62,617 bases of DNA from a virus (IMGVR_UViG_3300034106_002415:1-62617); one strand, 5' to 3'; positions 19,865 through 29,061 are shown, counted from the first letter of the stretch. Notes: generated from the sequence alone by a model not told the origin. Numbers and translations are program-made.

Positions 19865-20236
19865 TTAACTCCCGTGTGGGGCATCTGCTGCCCAAAGGAT
19901 TTCGCTTACACGCACCTCAAGGCCGCGATCATTACCGCCGATCTGGTGGGTGTGGTTGAATGATGTTTTGTAGGCCTGCGAACCGGAATGTATATCTTGG
20001 AAATGCAGAACAGCCCACTCATGGTTGTGCCCAAACGCGGTCGCATACTCGAAGTATATAACCGTACCGTTTTTGAGGCCTAAAGCATAGTCGTAAGGGT
20101 CGTAAGTACTCTTTATCAGGGCAGGGGGCCAACCTGCGGCGGTAAGTTCGCGAGTGTTGTTTTGATACTCGGTATCGTGTAGCTTACTATTCAGCTCAAA
20201 AATCTGCTTCTTGAGCTTATCAATTTCATCGTCCAT
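19865..20236 (-). CDS. Hypothetical protein (visibly more AT-rich)
   Basis: ATG 20236 preceded by AGGAGCAAAC. Confidence 0.65.
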   Translation of the reverse strand: MDDEIDKLKKQIFELNSKLHDTEYQNNTRELTAAGWPPALIKSTYDPYDYALGLKNGTVIYFEYATAFGHNHEWAVLHFQDIHSGSQAYKTSFNHTHQIGGNDRGLEVRVSEILWAADAPHGS

Positions 20237-20252
20237 TGGTTTGCTCCTTTCA

Positions 20253-22073
20253 TCAGCCCCCGTAGGAGGGGCCCATCTTGCTCTCACAGTTCAACGGCAA
20301 CGCCGTTGCCCACTTTGGGCGGATACGCATACACTGCTCAACGAACGCACGGGCTTCATCGCGTGAGCTAGCGGGCGCTAGCGCACCCACAGCGTCATGC
20401 ACGGTCATCACCACACGGTAGCGCCGCGCGACCATCAGCATCTGCTCACCGATCACGATGCGGGCCAGGGCCTGACAGATATTCTCGACGGCCTTCCCAC
20501 CATAGATGCGGTTAGGGATGACGGCCTTACCCTTCTTCTGATCGTAGACCATCTCGGTCTTGCCCTCTGGGGTTCGCACCGTGCGTAGGTTGGGATACTT
20601 GATGGAGAGGCCGTTCGGCAGCTTGATACCGTCCGCACCGCACACCGTCAGCACACCGTCACGACCCAAGGGGGCAGTCTGGTTGCTGGCCATGGCGTCG
20701 AGTGCGCTCCCAGCTTGCCGCCACAGCTTCGGGATTTGCGCGTAAGCCTCCCGATACACCTCGATGATGCGCTTGCATTCGTCCAGTTCCATGTCCACGC
20801 CAAAGGTCTTCAACTGCGCCTTGAACTTGGCCGCCCCCATACCGTAACCGCAACCCAAGATGGTGGTCTTACCCACGAACCGCTGGCCGTCCGCCACCTC
20901 TTCGACAGGCACATTGTAAATGGATGACGCCATGATCTTATAGACATCCTCACCGGCATCGAAGGCGGCCACGAGGTCATCCTGTCCAGCAAGCCAGGCC
21001 AAGGTGCGCGCTTCGATCTGGCTGCTATCGCAGTCGATGAACGCATAGCCCTCGGGTGCCAGCATGGCTTTCTTCAGCGGTGACTTGCGTGGGAGATTCT
21101 GGAGGTTGACCTTGTCGTCGCCACCCCAGCGCCCCGTGTGTGCAGCGTAATAGCGCAGCGGAACAGGCAACGCACCACGCTCCGCAATCTTGATAAACCG
21201 CTCGGTGCGTGTCTCCTCAAGGGTGGACTTCACCCCTAGCCGCGCAGCGACAATGGCCTGCACCTGTGGGTTCTCATGCTCCAGCAATTCCTTGAACGCC
21301 TCGTCGTTCTTGGCAAACGCAAAGGTCTCCTTGCCTGTGGTTGGGCTGATCTTCATGGGCGGCACAACACCGTGGAACGTCAGCAGCTCGGCCAGCTTGG
21401 GGTTGCTCATCAGGTCGGCCTTCTCGTAGTTGAGCTTGGCCATGAGAGCTTCCTTCTGGGCTTGGACATTAGCCAAGTGGTCGGTCAACACCTGCTTATC
21501 CAGGACGAGGGCCGGCTCAGAGAACATTCGGATGGTCAGGTCGATCAGACGAAACTCCACTGACGGGAAGCCCTCACCAATGCGCTTGAACAGCTTGTAC
21601 GTCAGCTCCACGTCGTTGATGCAGTAGTCGCCGTAGGCCGCCAGTTCTTCCGCCGTGAAGTCCAGTCGCCCCTTGCCCAGCGCGTTGACAACCTCGGTGC
21701 CCTTGACGCCCAGCCCATACCGCTCGACGGCTCGTGCCAGGCTATTGCCAGCATCCGGCCCATCCAGTGCCCGCAGCATGGACAGGGTATCCACAATGCG
21801 CTTGGGTCGGATGTCGAACCGCCAGTTCATGATGGCCATATCGAACATCGCGTTGTGCGCGATGGCGATGCTGTTGGCCCAGTCGAACCTATCCAGCCAA
21901 GCCTTGGTCTGCTTGACTGTGCCGGAGAACCACTGCGCCGGCTCGTCGTCCACCTTTACGGATACGCCGATAGCCTCAAAGCGCGAGTCACGGACATACT
22001 CCTCCGTTGTGATCTTCGACAGGCTGAACTGCTGGCTGTAGTAGGTCTCGAAGTCTACGGTCAGGATGGTCAT
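20253..22073 (-). CDS. polA: DNA polymerase family A with 3'-5' exonuclease domain
   Basis: ExoI DFETY, ExoII HNAMFD, ExoIII YCINDV; TGRW, motif A DSSQIEAR, motif B KTTILGCGYG, motif C VHD; start reassigned to ATG 22073 with AAGGAG. Confidence 0.93.
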   Translation of the reverse strand: MTILTVDFETYYSQQFSLSKITTEEYVRDSRFEAIGVSVKVDDEPAQWFSGTVKQTKAWLDRFDWANSIAIAHNAMFDMAIMNWRFDIRPKRIVDTLSMLRALDGPDAGNSLARAVERYGLGVKGTEVVNALGKGRLDFTAEELAAYGDYCINDVELTYKLFKRIGEGFPSVEFRLIDLTIRMFSEPALVLDKQVLTDHLANVQAQKEALMAKLNYEKADLMSNPKLAELLTFHGVVPPMKISPTTGKETFAFAKNDEAFKELLEHENPQVQAIVAARLGVKSTLEETRTERFIKIAERGALPVPLRYYAAHTGRWGGDDKVNLQNLPRKSPLKKAMLAPEGYAFIDCDSSQIEARTLAWLAGQDDLVAAFDAGEDVYKIMASSIYNVPVEEVADGQRFVGKTTILGCGYGMGAAKFKAQLKTFGVDMELDECKRIIEVYREAYAQIPKLWRQAGSALDAMASNQTAPLGRDGVLTVCGADGIKLPNGLSIKYPNLRTVRTPEGKTEMVYDQKKGKAVIPNRIYGGKAVENICQALARIVIGEQMLMVARRYRVVMTVHDAVGALAPASSRDEARAFVEQCMRIRPKWATALPLNCESKMGPSYGG

Positions 22074-22267
22074 TTTGCTACTCCTTGTGGTCGCACCCAG
22101 CGCCTGCCGCGCTTTTCGTGTAGGACTAAGCTGACCGGCCCGTCCTGCCCGTAGACCCATGCGTAGTGCTGGCCCAATATCAGCGCTCCATCCACCGTAT
22201 CGGCGTACGCCTGCGCCACGACGTACCCGTCCTGCGTGACGCGCGCTCGGTATTCGGTCATACCCAT
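22070..22267 (-). CDS. Hypothetical protein
   Basis: 65-aa ORF coupled to the polA start. Confidence 0.5.
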   Translation of the reverse strand: MGMTEYRARVTQDGYVVAQAYADTVDGALILGQHYAWVYGQDGPVSLVLHEKRGRRWVRPQGVAK

Positions 22268-22521
22268 TACTCCCCATCGCGGTCGATGGCCCGCTTAATC
22301 AGTATGTAGCTAGGGGCTACAATCAGTGCGACCACCGTCCAGAAAAGTATCGGGTCATGCATCGGCCTGCTCCCTCGCTACCGTTGCCTTGGCCTGCCAC
22401 AGGTGCGCCTTGGCGCGCTCGGACAGCACCACTGGTCTCATTGCCCCGTCAGGGTATCGCCAGTAGAACCTACGGTTGTGGATCACCACGTTTGCGTCTC
22501 TGCTAGAACGGCGTTCGGCTG

Positions 22522-22773
22522 TCATGCCACCCTCCAGCAGCGGGCCACGTTGTTCTCACGATCGGTTCGCACCGTGAACTTGCCACCATATTTGCGCGCG
22601 TAGGCCGTCATGGCGGCGTTGAGACGCCCCACAGCCTTGTCACCGTTACGGAGCATGACACCCACCAGGGGTATGGTGAAGCTATCCCCAACCCGAAGCT
22701 CTGCGAACGGGTACTTGCGTGGACGCCCAACAGCCACGGGCGGCATGGGGATGCGTTCTTCAATCTCAATCAT
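22522..22773 (-). CDS. Small conserved phage protein
   Basis: IP.P....KYPF..L.VGDSF...RCWRV pattern. Confidence 0.65.
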   Translation of the reverse strand: MIEIEERIPMPPVAVGRPRKYPFAELRVGDSFTIPLVGVMLRNGDKAVGRLNAAMTAYARKYGGKFTVRTDRENNVARCWRVA

Positions 22774-23399
22774 GCTGGACTTCCCTTAGTGACAGTTCCC
22801 TTATCCCCCCACTGCTCGGCCATAGCCTCGGCAATCCCTTTGAACGTGGTGCTACGAAGCTTCCACCGGTCGGCACTGGGTGGGAGGTAGTGCAGGCGCT
22901 GGCGCTGGTTGTCAGGTAGCGCATCCATCGCAGCCTTGACGTTGTTGGTCGGCACCAGAGGCGGCAGATTCTTCAGCCACAGGCACGTTGCCTTCTGCTC
23001 CATGTGGCCAAACATCCACGGCTGCACCAATTGCGTTTGCTTGACCCCACCGATCCGCTCCTTCGCATACTTGTGCATGATCGGGTTCTCAATGGCGATG
23101 CGCGGCACAGGTGCGTCAAGCAGCTCGCGGAAAAACTCAGCTGCCTCGTCCAGCTTCTCCCAGCGTGACGGGTCTTTGTGCAGCCACGCTACCCCACTGT
23201 TGGTGAGGTAGGTGCAGGGCGGGTGGGCAATCATCAAGTCCCAACCATGCCCGTGTGCAAGCACTAGGGCATCACCTTGGATGTGCCACTGGGGATCACC
23301 ATCAGTCGGCAGCAGGTCGCAAGACCAGGCGTCATGCCCACGCGCACGGAACGCATCGCGAACCGTGGCGCTATATTCGCAGGCGACCAGAACCTTCAC
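22770..23399 (-). CDS. Putative DNA cytosine-C5 methyltransferase-like protein
   Basis: VLVACEYS, SCD, catalytic-type HPPC and IENP motifs. Confidence 0.7.
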   Translation of the reverse strand: MKVLVACEYSATVRDAFRARGHDAWSCDLLPTDGDPQWHIQGDALVLAHGHGWDLMIAHPPCTYLTNSGVAWLHKDPSRWEKLDEAAEFFRELLDAPVPRIAIENPIMHKYAKERIGGVKQTQLVQPWMFGHMEQKATCLWLKNLPPLVPTNNVKAAMDALPDNQRQRLHYLPPSADRWKLRSTTFKGIAEAMAEQWGDKGTVTKGSPA

Positions 23400-23400
23400 C

Positions 23401-23628
23401 TCAAACCCCCGTAAGTTCTGGCGTAGACGTGGTGGCCACCGTGTTCAGAAAGGGAATAACCGGCTGCTCACCACGCAAGGCAGCGTAGGCTAGCTGCACC
23501 TTGGCAGTGTTGATGATCTTGCCAGCCGTGTTGTTGATCTCGGCTGCCTGCTTTAAATCCATGTCCCCATCACGCAGCTTGTCGAACACTTCGATCAGGC
23601 TGTCGCGGATGTCGGTAATGTTAGTCAT
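23401..23628 (-). CDS. Hypothetical protein
   Basis: 75 aa with AGGAGCAAAC RBS. Confidence 0.65.
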   Translation of the reverse strand: MTNITDIRDSLIEVFDKLRDGDMDLKQAAEINNTAGKIINTAKVQLAYAALRGEQPVIPFLNTVATTSTPELTGV

Positions 23629-24443
23629 TGGTTTGCTCCTTGGTTGATGAACTTTTTAATCTTGGTTATGAGTTCGAGGGCTTCATTTAGCTGTTTACTA
23701 TGCCCCCCGCCCTTCCAGCTTGGGTGTGTAGGGCCCTCCATTATACCGTGTATCTCTCGATACTTCATTATGTTGCGCGCTCTGAATGCGTTAAGACACT
23801 CAGACGAACAGCATAGGTGGGCGTCAGGATGATACTTGCGATGTGTCCGTTGGTTCAGTGACGGAGTAAAAACCGTTTTGCACTCATGGCATGAAGCATC
23901 GTCGTAGTATCCTGACGCTATCAGTTCTGCGGGCCGGTACTCTCTCCTAGTAAGTACCTGTGATTTCTGCGCGGGAGACTTCTTGTTTAGATTTTTCCAG
24001 CATGACTCACAGCAAAACCTGGTGTCGGTACCCTTTGCAAGCCACCTTGAACGCTTTTGGCTCGTTAACGGCACATCTGCACCGCAGAGTATGCAAGGTA
24101 CGCTTTGCGGTACACTTGCTCGGCGTTCCTGTTCTTGCCTCCACTTGATACGGCGTTCCTCTTTCGCTTCCTTGGTGTAATGGCCGTTTTTCCATTGTGA
24201 GTGTGCAGGGCCTGTCCGCTTGTTGTTATGGTTATATGCAACCAAGCGATCCCTAGCAGCCTTTTGAGCCGGTGACCCCCATGGAGGCATCTTACCCGAC
24301 TCCCACCGTGCCCGAGAATGTTGACCACGCGACAGGTGAAGGCACGGCTTTGAGCAGTAGACTGTTCTGGCCGCCCGAATGTTTTCACGCTGCTTTACAC
24401 TAGGCGCAAACTCTGCGCTGCACACGCCGCACGTAGCCATCAC
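23625..24443 (-). CDS. Multi zinc-ribbon DNA-binding protein, homing-endonuclease-related
   Basis: Three CxxC...(Y/F/L)C.S..C units plus HSQWKNG and HPSWKGG motifs; more AT-rich than neighbours. Confidence 0.55.
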   Translation of the reverse strand: MMATCGVCSAEFAPSVKQRENIRAARTVYCSKPCLHLSRGQHSRARWESGKMPPWGSPAQKAARDRLVAYNHNNKRTGPAHSQWKNGHYTKEAKEERRIKWRQEQERRASVPQSVPCILCGADVPLTSQKRSRWLAKGTDTRFCCESCWKNLNKKSPAQKSQVLTRREYRPAELIASGYYDDASCHECKTVFTPSLNQRTHRKYHPDAHLCCSSECLNAFRARNIMKYREIHGIMEGPTHPSWKGGGHSKQLNEALELITKIKKFINQGANQ

Positions 24444-24742
24444 ACGCCCCCCTTCATGTCACGAACTAGGGGGCGCACCATCTCCCAGTTCTCCTCGTTA
24501 GCCACCACAGCCACACCGCCAGCGAGGCGGATGCTCTCGATCTCACGGGTTTGCAGCGCGGTCGGCCTGTTAGCGCCTGCCTTGCACTCAATGGCGAGGA
24601 AGCGACCGTTCACACAGGCGATGATATCCGGCACCCCACTGCGACCGTAGCCGTGCGTGGCAGGGAAAAAGTAGTACGCGCCCTCGCTCTTGAGGACGGA
24701 CTCCACCTTAGTTTTTATGCGCTTTTCTGGTGTTTGCGCCAT
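24440..24742 (-). CDS. VRR-NUC domain nuclease (Holliday junction resolvase-like)
   Basis: PE, GVPDII, IECKA and TALQ motifs. Confidence 0.85.
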   Translation of the reverse strand: MAQTPEKRIKTKVESVLKSEGAYYFFPATHGYGRSGVPDIIACVNGRFLAIECKAGANRPTALQTREIESIRLAGGVAVVANEENWEMVRPLVRDMKGGV

Positions 24743-24766
24743 GAGTTTGCTCCTCTTGGTTGGGTG

Positions 24767-24794
24767 TTCCTACCCTTTTTATATTGGTTGTCAA
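24767..24794 (-). promoter_or_regulatory. Sigma70-like promoter
   Basis: TTGACA-N16-TAGGAA with an AT-rich spacer upstream of 24742. Confidence 0.45.
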
Positions 24795-24964
24795 GCGATA
24801 CCCGTGCGCTCCCTCGCATAGGCAATCAGCACCTCGCGCATCTCGGCACTCGGATTGCGGAACCGTTTGTAGAAGTCGAGGATATCCTGGGGGAGGCGCA
24901 TGGTGACGTGCGTCATGCGTGGAGGGGTGAGCGGTGCGAGATGTGCGAGATGTGCCTTGTTCAT
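24791..24964 (-). CDS. 57-aa ribbon-helix-helix (BrnA-like) DNA-binding protein, missing from the ORF track
   Basis: Manual translation MNKAHL...HVTMRLPQDILDFYKRFRNPSAEMREVLIAYARE; ATGA coupling to the upstream gene. Confidence 0.6.
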   Translation of the reverse strand: MNKAHLAHLAPLTPPRMTHVTMRLPQDILDFYKRFRNPSAEMREVLIAYARERTGIA

Positions 24965-25158
24965 TGTGTGTCCTTCATCAGTAGGTGACGGTCGAGGCGG
25001 TCAAGCACCTCGGTAACGTCAGAGAGCAGACGCGCTGCTTGGTTGGATTCGGGTACGCCATCGACGATGTTCCAGTCGGCGTGATTGTCGAGGTAATCGT
25101 AGACACCGCACAGTGCGCTGTGGATGTCGATCAGAAATGTGCGGTGGATGTCGGGCAT
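24961..25158 (-). CDS. Hypothetical early protein
   Basis: ATG 25158 with GGAGCAG RBS. Confidence 0.55.
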   Translation of the reverse strand: MPDIHRTFLIDIHSALCGVYDYLDNHADWNIVDGVPESNQAARLLSDVTEVLDRLDRHLLMKDTQ

Positions 25159-25347
25159 CTCATCTGCTCCCTCAGTGTATCGGCGGCAGCGGTGAGCGGA
25201 TACCAGGAATGTCAATCCCTGCGCCGTCCAATGCCCGTATCAGTGACGTTATGAGGTGAGCATGGTTCATCGTGATATCGATGATGTCTTGCATCGCCTC
25301 GGTCAGGGATTCGATGGTTTCCTCTTGCGCGTTGTCGTCGTGCATCT

Positions 25348-25620
25348 TCAGTCCTCCCGTGTGTCATAGCGGTAATCACCATAGGCAGCTTCAGCGTCCA
25401 TGATGTCCTCACTGACCCGTTCGTGGGCGTACTTGATGATGGCTATGTCCTCGGCGTCTGTGGTCTCGATGCTGTAGCCGTTGTGCCGCACGTCCTCGAT
25501 TCGCAAGTCATCGCCATCAGTCTCATAGATCACCTCGACCTCCCAGACCTCGTCCCCCCGCTCCAGCTCGTAATCGAAGTGGAGGGTGTATCGCCCGCTA
25601 TATGCACCGTAGCCGTTCAT
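25348..25620 (-). CDS. Hypothetical acidic early protein
   Basis: RBS AGGAGCAAGC. Confidence 0.65.
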   Translation of the reverse strand: MNGYGAYSGRYTLHFDYELERGDEVWEVEVIYETDGDDLRIEDVRHNGYSIETTDAEDIAIIKYAHERVSEDIMDAEAAYGDYRYDTRED

Positions 25621-25631
25621 GTGCTTGCTCC

Positions 25632-25835
25632 TCAGTTGCTATCCCAGTGGTGGTAGCCCGCGCCGTTGTCGCCACGGCCCCTGTCGTAGGCGTCCTCGCG
25701 TTCCTCGTCGGCCCGCTCCACCAGCACCATCGCAAGCTCCTGCCAGTTGGTGTCGGTGTTGGTGCCATACTTCACCCAACGCTTCAGGCCTTCCCAAGGC
25801 AGGGTGCGGAAGTAATCACGATCCTTCTTAGTCAT
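25632..25835 (-). CDS. Hypothetical early protein
   Basis: RBS AGGAGCAAAC. Confidence 0.65.
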   Translation of the reverse strand: MTKKDRDYFRTLPWEGLKRWVKYGTNTDTNWQELAMVLVERADEEREDAYDRGRGDNGAGYHHWDSN

Positions 25836-26031
25836 TGGTTTGCTCCTTCTTCGTTAGGCCCAGCGCATACAGGCGCTGGCGCAGGTGGTTGGGGGCAAAG
25901 CCCCACAGGCCAAGCACGTTTCGACCATACAGAGCGCACTCCTTGTTAAGCTCTGCCTCAAGGGCGCGTAGCTGTGCCTTGGCCTCGTCGTACTGGTGCA
26001 GCAGCGTGAACACTTTGAGTTCGTCGGTCAT
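25828..26031 (-). CDS. Hypothetical early protein
   Basis: ATG 26031 (MTDELKVF) with AGGAGCAAAC. Confidence 0.65.
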   Translation of the reverse strand: MTDELKVFTLLHQYDEAKAQLRALEAELNKECALYGRNVLGLWGFAPNHLRQRLYALGLTKKEQTND

Positions 26032-26041
26032 GGTTTGCTCC

Positions 26042-26407
26042 TCAGTAGATTTCGATCTCGCGGCGGATACCCAGGCGATACTCACGGTACATCGAACCGC
26101 CGCCCTCTGTGTCGTCGTTGTCCTCGCCGATCCGCACCATCTCCCAGTGCGCCCTGTGGGTTGCGTGTTCCTCGGTGTTGAACGCTTCCTCGAACTCCCG
26201 CACCGCAGCCCATGCTGATTGGACATATTCGTAATCGTCGTACCACTTCACATCGTCGTACTTCACGGTCACTAGTGGGTGGTCGTCGTATTCGAAGATG
26301 CTGCACCAGGCTTTCGGCCAGTGCTTATCAATCCATGCCGCAATCTCGCTGGTCTCTGTTTCGCCCGCTGGGTAGAAGGCGAACATCACATCACTACGGT
26401 AGCCCAT
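26042..26407 (-). CDS. Hypothetical early protein
   Basis: MGYRSDV...KWY....RIGED pattern; GAGGAG RBS. Confidence 0.65.
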   Translation of the reverse strand: MGYRSDVMFAFYPAGETETSEIAAWIDKHWPKAWCSIFEYDDHPLVTVKYDDVKWYDDYEYVQSAWAAVREFEEAFNTEEHATHRAHWEMVRIGEDNDDTEGGGSMYREYRLGIRREIEIY

Positions 26408-26494
26408 CTTGCTTCTCCTCAAGCCATCATCAGGATGAAAACACAGGCGACCAGTGCGGCCACCACGAAAACGGATTGCACGGGGGTCTCCATG

Positions 26495-26728
26495 TTACTG
26501 CTCCCCCCGCGCACGGATGGCAGACTGGAAGTCCTCCTCGTTCTCCACCACGTTCCAGCGGGCGATGAACGCTAGCAGCCACTGCCAATGCTCCCCCACC
26601 ACCAGAAGTAGTTCGTCGGCTGACATGAGGGGCAGGTTGTTCGTGTCGCAGTACTCAGTCAGCAGGTCAGTCAGTGCCTCGGTGCTGTTGCTACGCACGA
26701 TGTCGTCGAAGTCTGTCATCTGTGTCAT
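26495..26728 (-). CDS. Hypothetical early protein
   Basis: RBS AGGAGCAAGC. Confidence 0.6.
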   Translation of the reverse strand: MTQMTDFDDIVRSNSTEALTDLLTEYCDTNNLPLMSADELLLVVGEHWQWLLAFIARWNVVENEEDFQSAIRARGEQ

Positions 26729-26739
26729 GTGCTTGCTCC

Positions 26740-27246
26740 TCAGTTGGCGAAGTAGATTGCCTTGGCCTCTTCAACCGGCAGGTCAGACAGGTAGGTATAG
26801 GTGGGATACTTGGCCTTCATCACATCCAGCACCATCCAGTGCGTCTGTGGTTTCTGTACAGCCAGCTCCCAGACGCCAGCCACGTCAGGCTTGGTGAACA
26901 GCACCTTGGCCTTCATGGCGCGGGCGAAATCCTTGTCGCGCAGCCACTGGTTGACCAGATCACCGCAGACCATTTCCAGGTTTTGCTCAAGGGTCATGCC
27001 GTAGGCTTCATACGGTTTGTAGGTCTCGCCGATTAAGGTGTTGAGGGTCTCAATGTCGGCATAGCCGCGCCCGCCCTCGCCGTGGAACTCATCCGGCCCG
27101 CCGTGGCCACGGTTGGACACAGTCCCCCAGCGTTCACCGTCCACATACAGGACAGCCGTGTAGCAGTGGGTCTCCTCGCTGAAGTGTGCAACGCGCTTGA
27201 TGTTGGACAGCGCGATGTGCGGTGCCTTGGTCAGTGTGATCGTCAT
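26740..27246 (-). CDS. Hypothetical early protein
   Basis: SEET.CY.A.LYVDG...N.GHGG motif; RBS AGGAGCAAGC. Confidence 0.7.
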   Translation of the reverse strand: MTITLTKAPHIALSNIKRVAHFSEETHCYTAVLYVDGERWGTVSNRGHGGPDEFHGEGGRGYADIETLNTLIGETYKPYEAYGMTLEQNLEMVCGDLVNQWLRDKDFARAMKAKVLFTKPDVAGVWELAVQKPQTHWMVLDVMKAKYPTYTYLSDLPVEEAKAIYFAN

Positions 27247-27285
27247 ATGCTTGCTCCTCGGTTGTGCGGGTTGCTCCCGCTGCTA

Positions 27286-27316
27286 ATTGTGTGACACGCT
27301 GTGTGTCACAGGTCAA
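27286..27316 (-). promoter_or_regulatory. Probable promoter with inverted-repeat operator
   Basis: TTGACC followed by TGTGACAC-N5-GTGTCACA; the -10 element is weak. Confidence 0.5.
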
Positions 27317-27330
27317 TGGGGTTTTTTACA

Positions 27331-27516
27331 TTAGGCTTCGCTTGTGTCTTCCTGCTGCGATTCGATGAAGTCCCAACCGGCCGCGCACATGCGCTGCTCG
27401 ACCTTGTCGGGGTTGACCCCATCCAGTTCCTCTGGGTCAAAGGCACACACCGCAAACCCAGCATCACGCAGCAGTTTGAGCGCATCCAGAATCTCGTTGG
27501 TGTAGGTGAACATCAC
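27331..27516 (-). CDS. Hypothetical early protein
   Basis: 61-aa ORF with AAGGAG RBS. Confidence 0.55.
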   Translation of the reverse strand: MMFTYTNEILDALKLLRDAGFAVCAFDPEELDGVNPDKVEQRMCAAGWDFIESQQEDTSEA

Positions 27517-27712
27517 TTCTCTCCTTTTATGACAGTTCCCTGCCCTCGACGCCCAGCGCCTCGGATATCCAGGCCATTGCGGTCTTCACGTCATCAACAC
27601 GGGCGGGGTTCGGCTCAGTGTCCTCCCAGTCCCAGATGGCCTCCCACAGCGTGTCCAGCCATGATGCGGGGTTGTTCGCATTGGGTTTCATCTCACTCTC
27701 CTTTCCTGGTTT

Positions 27713-27943
27713 TTAGTTGTGGGTGTCGGCCATCTTGGTGACGTAATGCACGGGGCGTTCGTACCGGCCCGCACTGTCGCGGGTGACGCTAACCCAGCGG
27801 CCGCCACTGGCAAGGCCCACTGTCTGCCCATAGTTGATGTTCACGCCCAGCGGCCACAGTTCGGTCAAGGCCTCGCTGTCCAACGCCTCGTTCAAGGTAT
27901 CGAACCAGTTCTGCCCCGTGCGGTTCAGGTCAATCACGCGCAT
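27713..27943 (-). CDS. Hypothetical early protein
   Basis: ATG 27943 with GGAGAGTGAG leader. Confidence 0.55.
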   Translation of the reverse strand: MRVIDLNRTGQNWFDTLNEALDSEALTELWPLGVNINYGQTVGLASGGRWVSVTRDSAGRYERPVHYVTKMADTHN

Positions 27944-28066
27944 CTCACTCTCCCTTTGGTTTGTCGTGGCCACGCAGCAGGGCGTGGATAAGCTTTGCCT
28001 CTTTCTTTCCGATCGGTTGGCGGCTGGCCTTGATGGCGCGGTTCACCGCTGTTTCGTTATAGTTGG

Positions 28067-28486
28067 TCATGGCTTAGGCTCCAGATCAGTGAGGAAAGCG
28101 GCTGTGAAGTGGCTGATGTTGTCATCAGTCCGGATGTTGGCGATGCCATCGCTAATCCGGTCAATGGTTCCGGTGCGGTCGTTGCTGATAATCCGCACCT
28201 TGTCGCCAAGGTTAAACGTGTTGGTCATGGCGTTAGGCTCCCCCAACAGTTCGGCCAACAGTTCATCATCGCTCAGGTTGGCCAGCACATCATCCAGCGT
28301 CATTGCGGGGTCAGTGATGCCGTAAAGCAGCCAGTTTGTGTTGGCCCTGCCACCGGCCTTGTCGGCCTCTTGCATGGTGGCGAAGCCGCCCACGGTGTGG
28401 ATGATGCCTTCATCACCCCACAGTTCATAAGCAAACTTGCCGGTGGCGTTTGCGTCCTTGCCTGTTGACCAGCCCATGATGTTCAC
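28067..28486 (-). CDS. Hypothetical early protein
   Basis: First gene after the promoter at 28505-28533. Confidence 0.55.
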   Translation of the reverse strand: MNIMGWSTGKDANATGKFAYELWGDEGIIHTVGGFATMQEADKAGGRANTNWLLYGITDPAMTLDDVLANLSDDELLAELLGEPNAMTNTFNLGDKVRIISNDRTGTIDRISDGIANIRTDDNISHFTAAFLTDLEPKP

Positions 28487-28504
28487 TCCCTCGTTGATGT
28501 TTCT

Positions 28505-28533
28505 AAGCTAACCCGTGTGCCACACGGCGTCAA
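28505..28533 (-). promoter_or_regulatory. Early sigma70-like promoter with palindromic operator in the spacer
   Basis: TTGACG-N17-TAGCTT; spacer contains the perfect palindrome CCGTGTG-N-CACACGG. Confidence 0.75.
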
Positions 28534-28539
28534 GGGTAA

Positions 28540-28930
28540 AATCGAAAACTGATCGAAAATAATTTAAGTGTCTGATTTCGCAGGGTTGTTATGGAAAGTG
28601 TAAGGTATGTAAGGAAAACGGCAAGGGGTTCTTACATTAGTTTTGCGGGGAAAACGCAACAAAACCAGTGGGGTAGTAGTATAGTAAATAGTTTTGTAAA
28701 ATAGTAGGATTGTAAAAACGGAAATACGCCAGACTTTTTTTGTCGCACCCATCGCTGTGCCACACAAGTGCGAGCCAGTTTCGCCGAAACCGAAAAAGTT
28801 GAAATCCCGCTCACACCCGTCTTACATTCCTACAGTTCTTACACCATTGAAATCATTATCTTTTTTTCTTACACAACATCTTACACAACCCCCATTTCTT
28901 TACGTTTGTTTTTCCTGTTGCCACGAAAAC
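28540..28930. other. AT-rich non-coding region with repeated CTTACA boxes, candidate replication origin
   Basis: CTTACA/TGTAAG at 28599, 28608, 28631, 28821, 28838, 28868 and 28880; no credible ORF. Confidence 0.45.
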
Positions 28931-29061
28931 CGTAGCGTGTTAGTCGTGTGTTCACGACCTCGGGAAGCCGGAACCGCCGCCCACCTATGACGGTTCCCGC
29001 CCACGCCTGGCTCCAGGCCAACGCCGTTCCTGTGGGGCTGGCAATGCCAGCCCCCCTCCCC

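Noticed and set aside
22074-22277. N-terminal extension of PolA given in the ORF track
   Set aside because: It overlaps another gene; ATG 22073 has an SD and starts right at the exonuclease motif.
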